From: Rhizophagus irregularis
Lineage: Eukaryota
Assembly (NCBI RefSeq): GCF_026210795.1
Contig: NC_089433.1
Location: 1,922,001 to 1,986,000, forward strand
Direction of reading: 5' to 3'
Length of the DNA: 64,000 bases
Positions within the stretch are counted from its first letter, which is position 1; each line of letters starts with the position of its first letter. Of the stretch, positions 1 to 13,376 are shown in pieces. Made by a program: the position numbers and the translations under genes. The notes under the pieces were generated by a model. That model worked only from the letters and a program-made list of their open reading frames with translations. It was not told the DNA's origin and made no database searches.

Positions 1-548
1 AAACATAAACACGTGAACATGAGTTTTATTATTATGGATAGAAATTCGCATGATTTCAATACTTACTCATTATACTAAACTAAGCAATTTTTCGTACAAG
101 TAATTAAAGTAGAATTTGCAGGAACTGCAGAAACCTTCGCATACTTAGTAGTAATAATTATGTCAGTCGTATCTTGCATGGAAACAATAAACATTAAAGT
201 TTTTCTTTGTACGATAAAAAATTTGTATAATTTCGAAAACATAAGCATGCATACACAAAATAAAAAATCTAATGATACCACTTCTGAGTGAAATAAAATT
301 CCAACTCATTATATATTAGTCAGGGTTGTTTGATCAGCATTTTTTGATCACGAATTTATTAGTTGGTATAACCGATCAGACATGAACAGTCTAACCAATA
401 AAAATAGAACAATTTACGCATTCAACCGTAACTTTACGGAAATCCATAAAACTTACCTTATCAAAAAAGGAAAAGTAATAGTCATATTTTAGATTTGTAA
501 CGTTATACAAGATATTAGTATCGCTGTCGTTAAATATAATAAACTTTA

Positions 549-3500
549 TTAAAATATGTATTTATTTACAAAATATTCATTTGTTTTATTAAACTGGGGT
601 ACTATATGTACGATATCTTGTATTGCTTCTATATCAATAAAGTTATAGATTTCAGTAATTTCTAGTAAGGGACACCCATAAAGATGTGGTTGATTTTGAA
701 ATTTGAAGTCATACCACTGAATTAATGCGAGATTTAATGGAATATTTTGATTCTTAAGTTCTATTTTCGCTATTAATAAAACCTTAATTTAAAAAATCAT
801 TTTTAAATTAGCAATATTATATAAATATGTAGTATCAAATCAATTAAAAAATTACCTGCCCGTAACAAATGCCTTGATCAGAAGCGTAATCAAATAATTC
901 ATCAGAATTCATACGAACAGACACATTACTATACCAAGGTCTGCCATAATAACTGTTAGTAGCACGCATTATTGCACCATTTTCTATTATAACTGATCTG
1001 TATATTGTCACTTGGCTTTCATTTGCAATACTTTCGTGATCCATATACAGATTTAAACATTCCAAAAAATTGTCAAATCCAGATCTCATTTTGTGGTCTA
1101 TATTAGCCTGTTCTACAAAAAAATCATGGGCATCTTTTAATAGAAATTTGAAAAGTATTGCTGTAAATTTAAATATACGAGGGATAGTAGCTGAATTTGG
1201 TAATCGATGGGTTATATTTGTTATTGATTGTCGCCGAATCTATAAAAATTAATTTTTTTTAGAAATTTAACATAGTATTGTGTATTTTATATAAATAATA
1301 TTTGCTATTTTCATTATTTGAACTTCAATATTTTTTTTATTACTTAATCGGTAGGGATTCTTAACGTATTCTTTGTGAAGACTTTCGTAAGTCTCCGTAG
1401 TATATCCATTAACTGCACCAAATGATCGAATCGAATCAATTATATGATATGCCCATGAATGCAGTTTTGGTAATTTTAACTCTGAGGGGGACATACATTG
1501 GAGAATTTTGATGAACATTTGAGACCAATTGTTTATAGATTCCTGAAATTATAATTTTAAGTATTAGTGGACAGGCGTTGTTTTATAATAATTATGTAGT
1601 ACATACCCTAAATTTGGCCAAATCACTTTCTTTGAAATTTTCATATCGACTAATTGCATACATTTCATTCCAAGCTTCGTAAAGTTTTGCCAGATCTTCA
1701 TTCTTTACAAAATTTTCATCATCCTCATTATTTACAAACAAATTGTCCACTACAAAAACCATTACTTTCATCAGATTGCGATACTCATTAGCTGTTAATC
1801 TGGCTATTGATTGTATGCCATTTGTAAAGATCTTCAAACCGGGAAATCTTGGTATTGTGGCTAATTGATGATCTACTTCATCAACTAAAGTTTTGCCACA
1901 TTGCGCCCCTAAAAGTTTTTTCGTATAATCGATTTGATAATGAAAGAGGCCTAAATCGAGATGATGCATTCTATCAGGCACTGTGGCTTGATAGATATTT
2001 ATATTACTTAATATAAATTAATAAAAATAAACTCATGTTAGTGTAATGCTTGTAATGCTTACGTGATTTGGTGAAATGGCTGGATGCCTAACAAATATTA
2101 TGTAAACTTATGGCAAATTCCAAAAAAAATTAGATATATTTTCAATGCAAACGGAATTTCCTGAGTTTTGATTAAAATACTGCTGCATATTAACATGAGT
2201 TCGTGGTGTTATATCATCAATTTGTAAATTAAGATCAGCAAGATTGTCTCTTGTGACTAGACAAAAATGACAAGGATGTTTCGACATTGGTGATTTGTAT
2301 GTAAGACAGTACGTTGCAGCTTCCGGCCAGTCAGATATTATAGCTGAAACTCTAGGATAAAACCAAATCATTTCGTTATTTAAAAATAGATTAATGCCAT
2401 TTTTATTTAATTTTAATAAAGGGTCTAGTAACAATTCCAAAGATTTATGGAAGCATTCGCGAACAGCAATCTTAAATGTTTCAGACTTCCTTTCAGTAAT
2501 ATTATTAGATTTTAAGATCGGCAGATACGCTAATAATTGCTTTGCATCTTTCTTACACAGGTCGAAAAGTGAAAAATCAGGCATCAATCAGTCACCAATC
2601 GGTCACCAATCAGGTACCTGATTGGTGACTGATTGGTGCCTGATTGGCATTTTCGCCAAATACCGTCACCAATCAGGCAGTTTGCTAACTTTTGATCCAG
2701 TGATCAGAAAAGGATGAAATATAGCTCATTGGAATCGTCTCAACAAGACGAATCTAATGGTAGTAAAATCGCATCTCTAGGATTAATATTTGATGAGAAA
2801 TTAAGTAAAATATAAAAATGAAAATGTATTATTTATATTTTATTTAATTTTTTATTAACTATTAATCCTAGAGATGCGATTTTACTACCATTAGATTCGT
2901 CTTGTTGAGACGATTCCAATGAGCTATATTTCATCTTTTTCTGATCACTGGATCAAAAGTTAGTAAACTGCCTGATTGGTGACGGTATTTGGCGAAAATG
3001 CCAATCAGTCACCAATCAGTCACCAATCAGTCACCAATCAGCTACCTGATTGGTGACTGATTGGTGCCTGATTTTTCACTTTTCGACCTGTGTTATTACG
3101 CCTCCAATTTTTAATATTACCAATAGACAAGTAAATGGGATGGAGTTGACTTTTTCCTAGTGTGTCAACATTTGTAGCGTCAGAATATAATATTAAAGAT
3201 AAAAGCCTGGCACCAGGTGGCAGGAATTTTTCCGCATTTTCCCACCATATCCCAGTATTTTGTTCGCTAAACTCCCTTTCACCGTTATGCTTTAAGTTTA
3301 TATGAAGATTAGTAAATATCCTATGATATTAAGTTGTATATTTCATACGAAAGTATAAATAATTACCTCAACTTTCTCAAAAGTTAACGCAAAATTTTGT
3401 GATATGTCCGAAATTGACAAAATATTTTTTATACAGTTTATTAAAGACTGATGATAAAGAAAATACTCATTATTATTATAATTCATTATACTAGTTTTAG

Positions 3501-4130
3501 TATAATTTAAATTTGGTAGTTTCATATTATCCATATATTTGCGGCCTTGTTCGATAGATCTTGGAAGAGGTGATTTATCTAAATTTGCATGTTTATTAAA
3601 GAATTTAATTATAGCATTTCCTGTTGCATTGTTAAGTTTATGTTTCGTAACTAATGCCATTAAATCACCATATGCTTCACTTGGGTAATTAACATTAATT
3701 TCTGGTTTGGATTTTTCTTCATTCAATTCTGAATCAGAATCTTCCAAGATATTTTCAAAGACATTTTCATTTTCATCGTGGTCTATTTCTTCTATATTTT
3801 GATCAATTTCACCAACCTCTGAAATTGACATCATACTTTGAAAACTCTGATTATTTATTTCCGAGTCTGTACTTTTATTATCAGAAAGATCTTCGCATGA
3901 ATCTTCACGGACCATCTATAAAATTAATTATGTTAAAAAAGAAATTCAAAAAATTTTATAATTTCCTATTTTCTTTACCTCAATATCATGATTATTAGTT
4001 TTATGTTCAAATTCTTCTAATTCTTCACTATCGCTACTATCGTTATTAGGCGGAGTACAAAAATTCTTATGTTGAGTGTATGCAGACCTTGTCTGAAGTA
4101 CCTTGGACAAAAAGGGCATTTATATGACAT
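549..4130 (-). pseudogene. Plavaka-family transposase, multi-exon, disrupted by a MITE and an N-terminal frameshift
   Basis: ORF-track exons 3343-3915, 2108-2587, 1592-1981, 1267-1518 and 844-1089. Motifs include LILYSDAT, IISDWPEAATYCL, PCHFC, PDRMHHLDLGLF and LPKLHSW..HIIDSIRSFGAVNGYTTETYESLHK. ATG at 4130 (MSYKCPFC); the stop follows KYIF at 549-551. Homologous to 46519-51031. Confidence 0.85.
2556..3092. mobile_element. Fold-back MITE (near-perfect 537-bp palindrome), CAC termini, 3-bp TSD TTA
   Basis: Runs CACAGGTCGAAAAGTGAAAAATCAGG...CCTGATTTTTCACTTTTCGACCTGTG, with TTA at 2553-2555 and 3093-3095. Removing it restores transposase WRRNKKDAK. Confidence 0.92.
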
Positions 4131-4726
4131 TTTTAAGAGTATTTTATTTACTTGAATTTAAACTTTACAAATTAATTAAAAAATTATTTGCTCATTTATG
4201 TCAATTTATAAACGTTTGCATAATGGTGTAGTTAGCCGAAAAATAATTAGCCACAACATGATCCGGCTCAGGCGTAGATCATTGTGAAAAGTTTACCTTT
4301 TTTTAAATTTTTCTACGAAAAGTGGCGTATTTCGATAATCATAAAGTGAGTTTTGGGCGAAGCTATATTTCAAATTTGAAACAAGCCTCGCCTAATATAA
4401 GCTAAAATCTCTAAAATCCTATTTTTGAAACTCTATAGATCAGATCATGTTAATGGAAACATAAGCCGGTTAATCAGATCTACAAAAATTGGTTTTTCCC
4501 CTGATCGATTTTAATTTTATAATAAATATAATAAACATAAGCTATTATGGATATATAACCAACCCGATCAATCAAAAATTGTGCTCAATTGTAACTGTGA
4601 TCTGGTTGGTTATACATTTTTTCGGTCAATAGTTGTGCATTAAAAGACCACAAGCATTTTTCTATATATTTATCAATTAATAAGCTTAGAACAATTTCGT
4701 TATAATCATGCACAGCTTATTATTTT

Positions 4727-5430
4727 ATAAAATCTGAATATTTATTGCGAGATATTTCGGATCTAGAAATATAGTAGGGCTTTGCATAAAAGATTGTCAT
4801 TTATTTATTAACTTTGTTGTAAATGTAAACGAAACCTTATAAAATCTGAATATTTATTGCGAGATATTTCGGATCTAGAAATATAGTAGGGCTTTGCATA
4901 AAAGATTGTCATTTATTTATTAACTTTGTTGTAAATGTAAACGAAACCTTATAAAATTTGAATATTTATTGCGAAATATTTCGGATCTAGAAATATAGTA
5001 GGGCTTTGCATGAAAGATTATCATTTATCTATTACTTTGTTGTAAATGTAAACGAAAACCTTATAAAATTTGAATATTTATTGCGAAATATTTCAGATCT
5101 AGAAATATTGTAGGCTTTGCATGAAAGATTGTCATTTATCTATTAACTTTAATGTAAACAAAAACCTTATAAAATTTGAATATTTATTGCGAAATATTTC
5201 GGATCTAGAAATATTGTAGGGCTTTACACGAAAGATTGTTATTTATCTATTAACTTTAATGTAAACGAAAACCTTATAAAATTTGAATGTTTATTCGGAT
5301 CTAGAAATATTGTAGGGCTTTGCATGAAAGATTGTCATTTATCTATTAACTTTGTTGTAAATATAATGAAAACCTTATATTTATTGCAAAATATTTCGAT
5401 CTAGAAATATATAGGCTTTGCATGAAATTA
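4727..5430. repeat. Tandem repeat, ~112-bp unit, about 6 copies, between the divergent genes of Plavaka copy 1
   Basis: Unit ATAAAATCTGAATATTTATTGCGAGATATTTCGGATCTAGAAATATAGTAGGGCTTTGCAT... starts at 4727, 4839, 4951 and onward. Confidence 0.9.
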
Positions 5431-5554
5431 AACTTGTTGTGTAATCGATCATTACGCATAATGATCAAATAATTTTTTTTAACAAACAACAGTATATAGA
5501 AAGATTTACAAACAATAAAATATATAAATATGCATTGTTTCTGTTCATCTTCTG

Positions 5555-6170
5555 TAGGCTTGGTCCTCATCTTTTTTGTCTGCAGATTTAGTCTCTCGAG
5601 CGTCTTGCTCATTTTTCATTTCATGCCTTTTTTCTTCTACTGGATTTGCAAATGTTCCCAGATTTTTTTTTTTTTTTTTTTTTAGAAATATATGCAAGTT
5701 CATGTCTTTTCTATTTTCTTTTTCACACCCCTTAACAAAATCCTTTTCAAAAAAAAAAATTTGCAACGCAATGCAAGTCCACTAACAGAAAAAAACTTAT
5801 GCTATTGTTTCACAGGCATCCTTTAAACTCTCCTTTATCCATTAACCAACCCCTTTCAATCTATCCGTTTAGGCTTGGTCCTCATCTTTTTTGTCTGCAG
5901 ATTTAGTCTCTCGAGCGTCTTGCTCATTTTTCATTTCATGCCTTTTTTCTTCTACTGGATTTGCAAATGTTCCCAGATTTTTTTTTTTTTTAGAAATATA
6001 TGCAAGTTCATGTCTTTTCTATTTCTTTTTCACACCCCTTAACAAATCCTTTCAAAAAAAAAAAAAAAAATTTTGCAACGCAATGCAAGTCCACTAACAG
6101 AAAAAAAACTCATGCTATTGTTTCACAGGGATCCTTCAAACTCTCCTTTATCCATTAACCAACCCCTTTC
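5555..6170. repeat. Direct duplication of ~310 bp upstream of the accessory gene
   Basis: TAGGCTTGGTCCTCATCTTTT...TCCATTAACCAACCCCTTTC occurs at ~5555-5860 and ~5870-6170. Confidence 0.9.
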
Positions 6171-6245
6171 TTTTCTCTCTCAATTCATCCGTTAAACTCC
6201 TTTCTTCTCTTCTATCCGTTAAATTTCTCTTTCATTTTTTCAATC

Positions 6246-7600
6246 ATGGACAAAAATAATAATAATAAAAAAAAAAAACACTGAAACAGTCGAGCATGTA
6301 GACAAACGGAGAAAAACCGACGAATCTTCCGATGAATCAATTAATGGTTGGTTAAATTATATATTTTTGAAAAATAAAAATAATTATTACTAATATATTA
6401 TTATTTATATTATTTATATTCTACTGTTATAAAGAAGCTTTAACAAAAATATTGCGCCAGAATACAAAAATTTTATCCAAACTGGATATAATTATTTCCA
6501 ACCAAAAGGCTTTAGAAAACAGAGTATCGAAAGTAGAAGAATCGGTCGACAAAAATAATGATAATAATCAAGGGGATGAAGAATATATAAAGGTAAGACC
6601 CAAAAATACAAATATTTACGTAAATCATGGTTGAACATTTAGTAGTAATTCCTCATTAAATCATTATATTCTTGATTATAGAAAATAATCAAAGAAGTTG
6701 CCAAAAAGTTACTTGAAGTTTCAATATATCCTACCCCGATGAACTTCAAGAGTTCACTAATAATTATATGAATGAAAACTACGACGATTTTATTAAACGG
6801 TTTAAAAGATATGATAAATGGATTATATTTTATGAAAAAAACATTGCTTCTTCCGTAAGTTTTGAGAAATTACGATTTTACATTAATTTATTGAAATTTA
6901 AATTTAAGATCTTTTCTTTAGCTTCTAGCTAAACATCGTAGTGCCTGGGGTTCTTTAGCTTCTAAAGTGAAAGACATAATGTATGTCGTTTTTAAAGAAT
7001 TTAACCTTCCCACAATCCCTGCCGTAAACACGGCATTAAAAGAAAGTGAAATAAGAAAATGGAAAGGGACCCCAGCCGTAAAAAATTGTTACGGTAATTT
7101 ATTTAAAAAAATCAAGAATCTGGATCCAGAGACATATATGTCGAGAATCCTCCAAATACTTAAAGGCAAAAATCAATTATCTAATATGCAAATTGCATAT
7201 GCAATAAGTATTTGTGAAATTATTTTAAATCTGAAAAATTTACATATTCAGGTTACAGAATCTGTCATAAAACCCGTTTTAACGAAGAATTTGGTAAGCA
7301 TTAGAAATTTGAATAAATAGTAATATTTAAAAACTAATTTTGTTTTACTTCTTAGAAAAAAATTACAAGTAAGGATAATTATTCATATTCCGATAATGAC
7401 GAAATAGAAGCTTCCCAAGAAGCTGAAGAGACAAACAGGAGTTGATGAAGCAGCAGAAGTTGATGAAGCAGAAGAAGTAGCTGACGAAGCAGAAGAAGTA
7501 CAAGAAGAGGAAGAAAACGAGATAAGAGAAGAAGATGAGGAGGAAGGTGGAAGAATTTATATAAGTAGTACAGATGAAGAGACAAAAGAAAGAATGAAGC
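6246..7600 (+). pseudogene. Plavaka accessory (second) gene, multi-exon, acidic C-terminus, function unknown; probably degenerate
   Basis: ATG at 6246, GT-AG introns, ORF pieces 6452-6634 and 6967-7320. Homologous to 52189-53550 (shared N..I+SKL++I..QK.LE.R and QIAYAISICE..LN). The end is approximate. Confidence 0.65.
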
Positions 7601-8124
7601 GATTAAAAAAACAATATAAAAAATAAAATAATAATTGACTACGCATATATTTTTTATATTTTAATATCCCCCCATATATTTTAATATCCCATTTATTTTA
7701 ATAAAGGAGATAATTTTCAAGTCAATAAATAAATACATGTTCGGGTAAAATATATTTGATCATTATATAGTTGGCCACTTTATTTTGTGTAAATGTGAAA
7801 TATTAAATAAGAATGATTATTTTAGAAACTTGAATTACCAGATGAGATAAGTTACGTAGCGTAATATAAGTTATTGAATTTATTACACAACTGAACGCAA
7901 CCATTTTCTGAACTTTTAGCCCGTTTTGAATACCAAAAACAACCAACCAAAATTAGATAATTTCTGTTTACGTGATATTTAAGAAAAAGACATAAGTTAT
8001 AATTTCCTTTTTAATCCTAACAAAATCAGTTACAGGAAATTCGAAAATAAAAAAATTTTATTGGATAATTTTTGTACAACAAAATCCGACCGAAAAATGT
8101 ACCCGACCGGAAATGAACAGGGCT

Positions 8125-10000
8125 AATATTTACGATCACGTATTATTACGGAATATTTTGACCGTAATACTTCGGAACATTTACGATATCGTATTATTAT
8201 GGAATATTTCGACCGTAATGCTTCAGAACATTTTTGATCACGTATTATTACGGAATATTTTGATCATAATGCTTCGGAACATTTTCAATCACGTATTATT
8301 ACGGAATATTTCGATCATAATGCTTCAAAACATTTTCGATCACGTATTATTACGGAATATTTCGATCGTAATATTTCGAAACATTTACGATCACGTATTA
8401 TTACGGAATATTTCGATCGTAATGCTTTGGAACAATTGCGATATCATAATTCTACGGAATATTTCGATCGTAATATTTCGAAACATTTACGATCACGAAT
8501 ATTTTGATCGTAATGCTTCAGAATATTTACAATATCGTAATTCTACGGAATATTTCGATCGTAATGCTTCAGAACAATTGCGATATCATATTATTACGGA
8601 ATATTTCGATCATAATGCTTCAGAACATTTACGATATCATAATTCTACAGAATATTTTGATCGTAATACTTCGGAATATTTACGATATCGTAATTCTACG
8701 GAATATTTCGATCGTAATGTTTCGAAACATTTACGATCACGTATTATTACGGAATATTTTGACCATAATGTTTCAAAACATTTGCGATCACGTATTATTA
8801 CGGAATATTTTGACTGTAATATTTCGAAACATTTGCGATCACGTATTATTACGGAATATTTTGACCGTAATGCTTCGAAACATTTACGATCACGTATTAT
8901 TACGGAATATTTCGATCGTAATGTTTCGGAACATTTACGATCACGTATTATTTTGGAATATTTTGATCGTAATACTTTGGAACATTTACGATCACGTATT
9001 ATTACGGAATATTTCAATCATAATGCTTCGGAACAATTGCGATATCATAATTCTACGGAATATTTTGACCGTAATGTTTCGAAACATTTACGATCACGTA
9101 TTATTATGGAATATTTTGACCGTAATGTTTCAAAACATTTGCGATCACGTATTATTACGGAATATTTTGACCGTAATGCTTCGAAACATTTACGATCACG
9201 TATTATTACGGAATATTTTGACCGTAATGCTTCAAAACATTTACGATCACGTATTATTATGGAATATTTCGACCGTAATGCTTCAGAACATTTTCGATCA
9301 CGTATTATTACAGAATATTTTGACCGTAATGTTTCGAAATATTTGCGATCACGTATTATTACAGAATATTTCGATCGTAATATTTCGGAACATTTACGAT
9401 CACGTATTATTTCAGAATATTTCGATCATAATGCTTCGGAATATTTACGATCACGTATTATTACGGAATATTTTGACCGTAATGTTTTGAAACATTTGCG
9501 ATCACGTATTATTACGGAATATTTCGATCGTAATGTTTCGGAACATTTACGATCATGTATTATTTTGGAATATTTCGATCATAATGCTTCGGAACATTTA
9601 CGATATCATATTATTACAGAATATTTTGACCGTAATGCTTTAAAACATTTACGATCCCGTATTATTTCGGAATATTTTGATCGTAATGCTTCGGAACATT
9701 TACGATCACGTATTATTACGGAATATTTCGATCGTAATGCTTCGGAACAATTGCGATATCATAATTCTACAGAATATTTTGACCGTAATGTTTCGAAACA
9801 TTTACGATCACGTATTATTACGGAATATTTCGATCGTAATGTTTCGGAACATTTACGATTATGTATTATTTCGGAATATTTCAATCGTAATGTTTCGGAA
9901 CATTTACGATATCATATTATTACAGAATATTTTGACCGTAATGCTTCGAAACATTTACGATCCCGTATTATTTTGGAATATTTCGATTGTAAAATTACGT
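8125..10000. repeat. Subterminal tandem array of Plavaka copy 1, 51-bp unit, ~36 copies
   Basis: Unit CGTATTATTACGGAATATTTCGATCGTAATGTTTCGGAACATTTACGATCA gives a 17-aa period in the spurious ORF. It lies just inside the terminus at 10108. Confidence 0.92.
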
Positions 10001-10108
10001 AGATTTACGGAAATCCGTAAATCTACGAAACATTATGCCGTAAATGTACGTAATTTTACGAAAATCCGTAAACTTACGGAACATTATGCCGTGTTTAAAT
10101 TCCTGATG

Positions 10109-13100
10109 AAGTTACTCACTTGTCTGAATCTGACTGCCACCTAATAACGAGAAGTATTTGATCTGTCGTGAAGCATAAAGCAAATTTTTCTCGTTCTTTA
10201 CCCAATTCCATTTTATTTTTGTCTCAAGCCTTGGGCTTAATTAATTTGTTTGCTCATCAACGACAATGTCATATTACTAATTTATTTTTAATGGCTAATT
10301 CTTCTTCTACATTTATTCAATCTCTTTTTATTTATAGATTATGTTCGATTCAATATAATTTTTTGATTCCTATTTCTCCTCTTTTAATTAAGGATTGGTC
10401 TATATGGTCTTCTCTTTTTTCTTTTAAGAAAGATTATATTGCATGCACTATTGCTCTCTTAGCTTATACTCCCTTTCATTTGCTTCATACTGAACTTTTG
10501 AAGCTTCCGAACTTATCCTTGATAGATAGACGCGTTCCTTTATTTAAATGCATGACGCCTAAAGCCTTCAAAGCCTATTTTCCCATCCTGCGTAAACAAA
10601 AGCTGTTTTATTTATCTCAGCTTATTACTCCTCAAGGAACTCATTTAATTGCCTGGAAGGCTTACTATGACAATTTGGTTAGACGACGTGGCCCTGGCCG
10701 TACCCCTTATTAGTACAAAGATATCCAACAAGCTACCACTGTTCCTGACTCCAATAATCGTTTGCTAGAGAAATTTATTACTATGCCTATGCTTGATTCT
10801 TCCTTTTATGAATTAGAACCTTGTCTTTCCTCTCCGCCCACTACTAAAAATTGGATTGTCACATTGGATGATCTTGGTTCTCCCATCTTTGGCAAACAAC
10901 TTTTGGTCCAAGCAAGTCGTGGTACTTGTTCTATCGTCCATTGGGTTTCTCCTGATTGTGAATCTTTGCCTGGTAATCTCATTAGACTTTCTCCTTGCCC
11001 TGGCTGCGCTGCTCATATTCCTTTACCTCCTTCCAAAAAACGGAATGCTGATTTAACCCTTTGTACATTTACGGTCTCATTACAACATTCACTTATTCTG
11101 CTCACTACCAATAAGCGGATCAGATGTAATACTTCTGAAGTAACTTCCCCTTTTACTTGGGCTGATATAGAAGACGGTGTCCGTCTTTATTACAGTAGCT
11201 TGGATTTTGATTTTGATTCCACTTCTGTCGATACCGTTGTAGCTCCTGCTACTCCTGTCACTATTGAATCCTCGGCTGCTGCTGTTTTTGCAAACTCCCC
11301 GTTGGTTGTTTCTCCAGACTCGCGTTATATCTTCTTCACTGATGGATCTCTTATTAATTTAGGCACTCCTGATGTTTCTATGGGCTGGTCCTGGATGCAA
11401 ATCGTTCCTGATGCAGGCTTTCCTAATTCAATTGCCACTTATGCTCATGGTCTCATTTGAGATAATCCTTCTTCTTCTCGAGCTGAAGTTGCTGCTATTT
11501 ATGCAGTTTTAACTATTTTTCCCCGCGACTCAGAAGTCATTATTTATACTGACTCGCAAACCGCTATTAATGGTCTTCAAAGCTGCTCTTCCTCTGTTTA
11601 CTCAAATAGTCGTTTGTACTACAAAACTACAAATTTTGAGCTTTGGGCTATCATCGAGCAAACCATCCTCTCCAAAAATTTGACGGTCTCTCCTATTAAA
11701 GTTAAAGCTCACTCTGGCAATTATTTAAACGATTTTGCTGACTTCTTGGCCAATACTGCTCATACCGCGTCATCCAGTATTTTGATTTCTGGAATGAACC
11801 TTGCCTGATTTTGTTTTAATTTATGACAATGATGTTGTTTGTGAATTCAATCCACGACATCTCCTCAAACAATATTATTAAACGCAGTTAATGTGTGATT
11901 TATTAAGTTTAACGCGGTTTCATTTTATTTCTTTACTATCACCTAATATAGATTATGTGGTTGACTGGAAACTTACTTGGTTCGCTTTAAATTTCAAGCC
12001 TTCTCACGATGCATCCTTCACTTATGAACATGCTTCAAGGCACCAAACCTTTAAATTCAAACTTTTTTTGGATGACTTACCTACGTTAGAAAAGCTTAAA
12101 CGGACTCGACCAGATTTATACATGGACGAATTGACTTGCCGTTCTTGTATTGACCGCATGGAAGACTTGATGCACCTTTTTATGTGCAAAAATCGTCGAC
12201 TGCCTATGCAACGAATTTTACAGTCTTATCAAAAACATTTGATTTCCAAAATTTTGGAAGCCGGTATATTGGCTGACATTGATCCTACTCCATTTATTGC
12301 TAAACTCACTTCTCTTTCATGCTGGTCCTTTTCTTCTACAAATTGGTCCTCCTATGCCCTGGTCCATGGTTGCTTACCCAAAATCTTTCTTGACTTATTT
12401 GTCGATTTATCCATTCTGAAGATTTCTGCGATAAAGGTTATCGCTGCCATTCATAATAATTTTGTCCAAAAATTCAGAAGACGAATTTGGAATCCGCGTT
12501 CTTATGAAAAATATAGATGGGAAAACGCGATGAACATTACCTATAAGTCGAAAACTACTCTGAAGCCTTCTAATTTGCCATTGTCCAAATACATACCCTA
12601 CTCATCTTTACCACCTCTGACCCTACATGATTCACGTGATTCCGATACAGATTGGTTGAAAAACTCGATGAAATATGGCACATGTCAAATGATCAAAAAT
12701 AGGCAAAAAAAATGGCGCAAATCGCATAAACTATTCGCAAATTTGTATAAACTATTTACAAATAGTATAGGTTAATTCGTAAATAGCCAAAAACAGCCAA
12801 GAATAGCCAAGAATAGCCACTGCTTTTCGCGCCATTTTTTTTGCCGATTTTTAGCATTTCAACCTGTGTGGTTTGCCTTGGTTTAATCACTTTTCGGGTT
12901 TTATGGGTCGTCTAACGGTGCTACTTGATAACAGCTTTTGCAGGATGGAGTGTCGATTTTTATAGTGGGCGCGCTATTCGTTATTTTGTTAGCATAGTTG
13001 CTTCTACTTTGGTTGGAATATATCAAGGAGGAAGATCTAGGGAAATTTAGTGTAATGCGATTTTTCTTTTTTTAGATTAATTTTTTACTTAATTTTTTCT

Positions 13101-13222
13101 TAGGAGACTATATAGTTTTGTTTTTAGTTAGTTTTATTTTTATATTTTTCTTTTTATGTTTGTAAATTGTAAAAGTTTGAATAAATATTAATAAAGATAA
13201 AGGCTACTATGCCACGTTTGCC
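10109..13222 (+). mobile_element. LINE family A, copy A1 (3' part: post-RT region, RNase H, C-terminal Cys/His finger, 3' UTR); degenerate
   Basis: Homologous to 18504-21653 and to the reverse complement of 61179-64000. Motifs FFTDGSL, KVKAHSGN and CRSCIDRMEDLMHLFMC. In-frame stops at 10711 and 11458. Confidence 0.92.
12679..12868. mobile_element. MITE, 190 bp, CAC termini, 3-bp TSD TGG
   Basis: Imperfect TIRs CACATGTCAAATG.../...CATTTCAACCTGTG, with TGG on both sides. Removing it restores AAATATGGTTTGCCTTGG as seen in copy A4. Confidence 0.88.
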
Positions 13223-13376
13223 TGGTTTTTGACTAGTAGTAGTAGTAGTAACTCTCTCCTGAATTTTTCAAAAATGAAAATTTCTGACGAAATAATTTTT
13301 ATTATTTTTAAAAAAATAATACAAGCTACTAATAAAATTTTATATTTTATATATTCCCAACTCAAAGCCTTCTATT

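Larger units (their letters stand above)
1..10108. mobile_element. Plavaka-type (CMC/EnSpm-related) DNA transposon, copy 1; left end lies upstream of the window
   Basis: Contains a Plavaka-like transposase (-), a divergent accessory gene (+) and a subterminal repeat array. It ends in ...AAATTCCTGATG at 10108, the same terminus as the complete element at 44134-55534. LINE ORF2 sequence resumes at 10109 (compare 18504 onward). Confidence 0.85.

Noticed and set aside
75..281. 68-aa minus-strand ORF as a cargo gene
   Set aside because: No recognisable motif, non-ATG start, and cannot be evaluated at the window edge.
8125..10000. CRISPR-like array
   Set aside because: Units are contiguous with no unique spacers, there are no cas genes, and the context is eukaryotic.
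8113..10002. 629-aa ORF and overlapping ORFs
   Set aside because: They are translations of the 51-bp subterminal array. Several frames are open and there is no non-repetitive domain.
13233..13250. (TAG)n as the normal 3' tail of LINE A
   Set aside because: It is present at only one junction; 21654-21669 and 61147-61178 lack it. It is more likely slippage on the target sequence.
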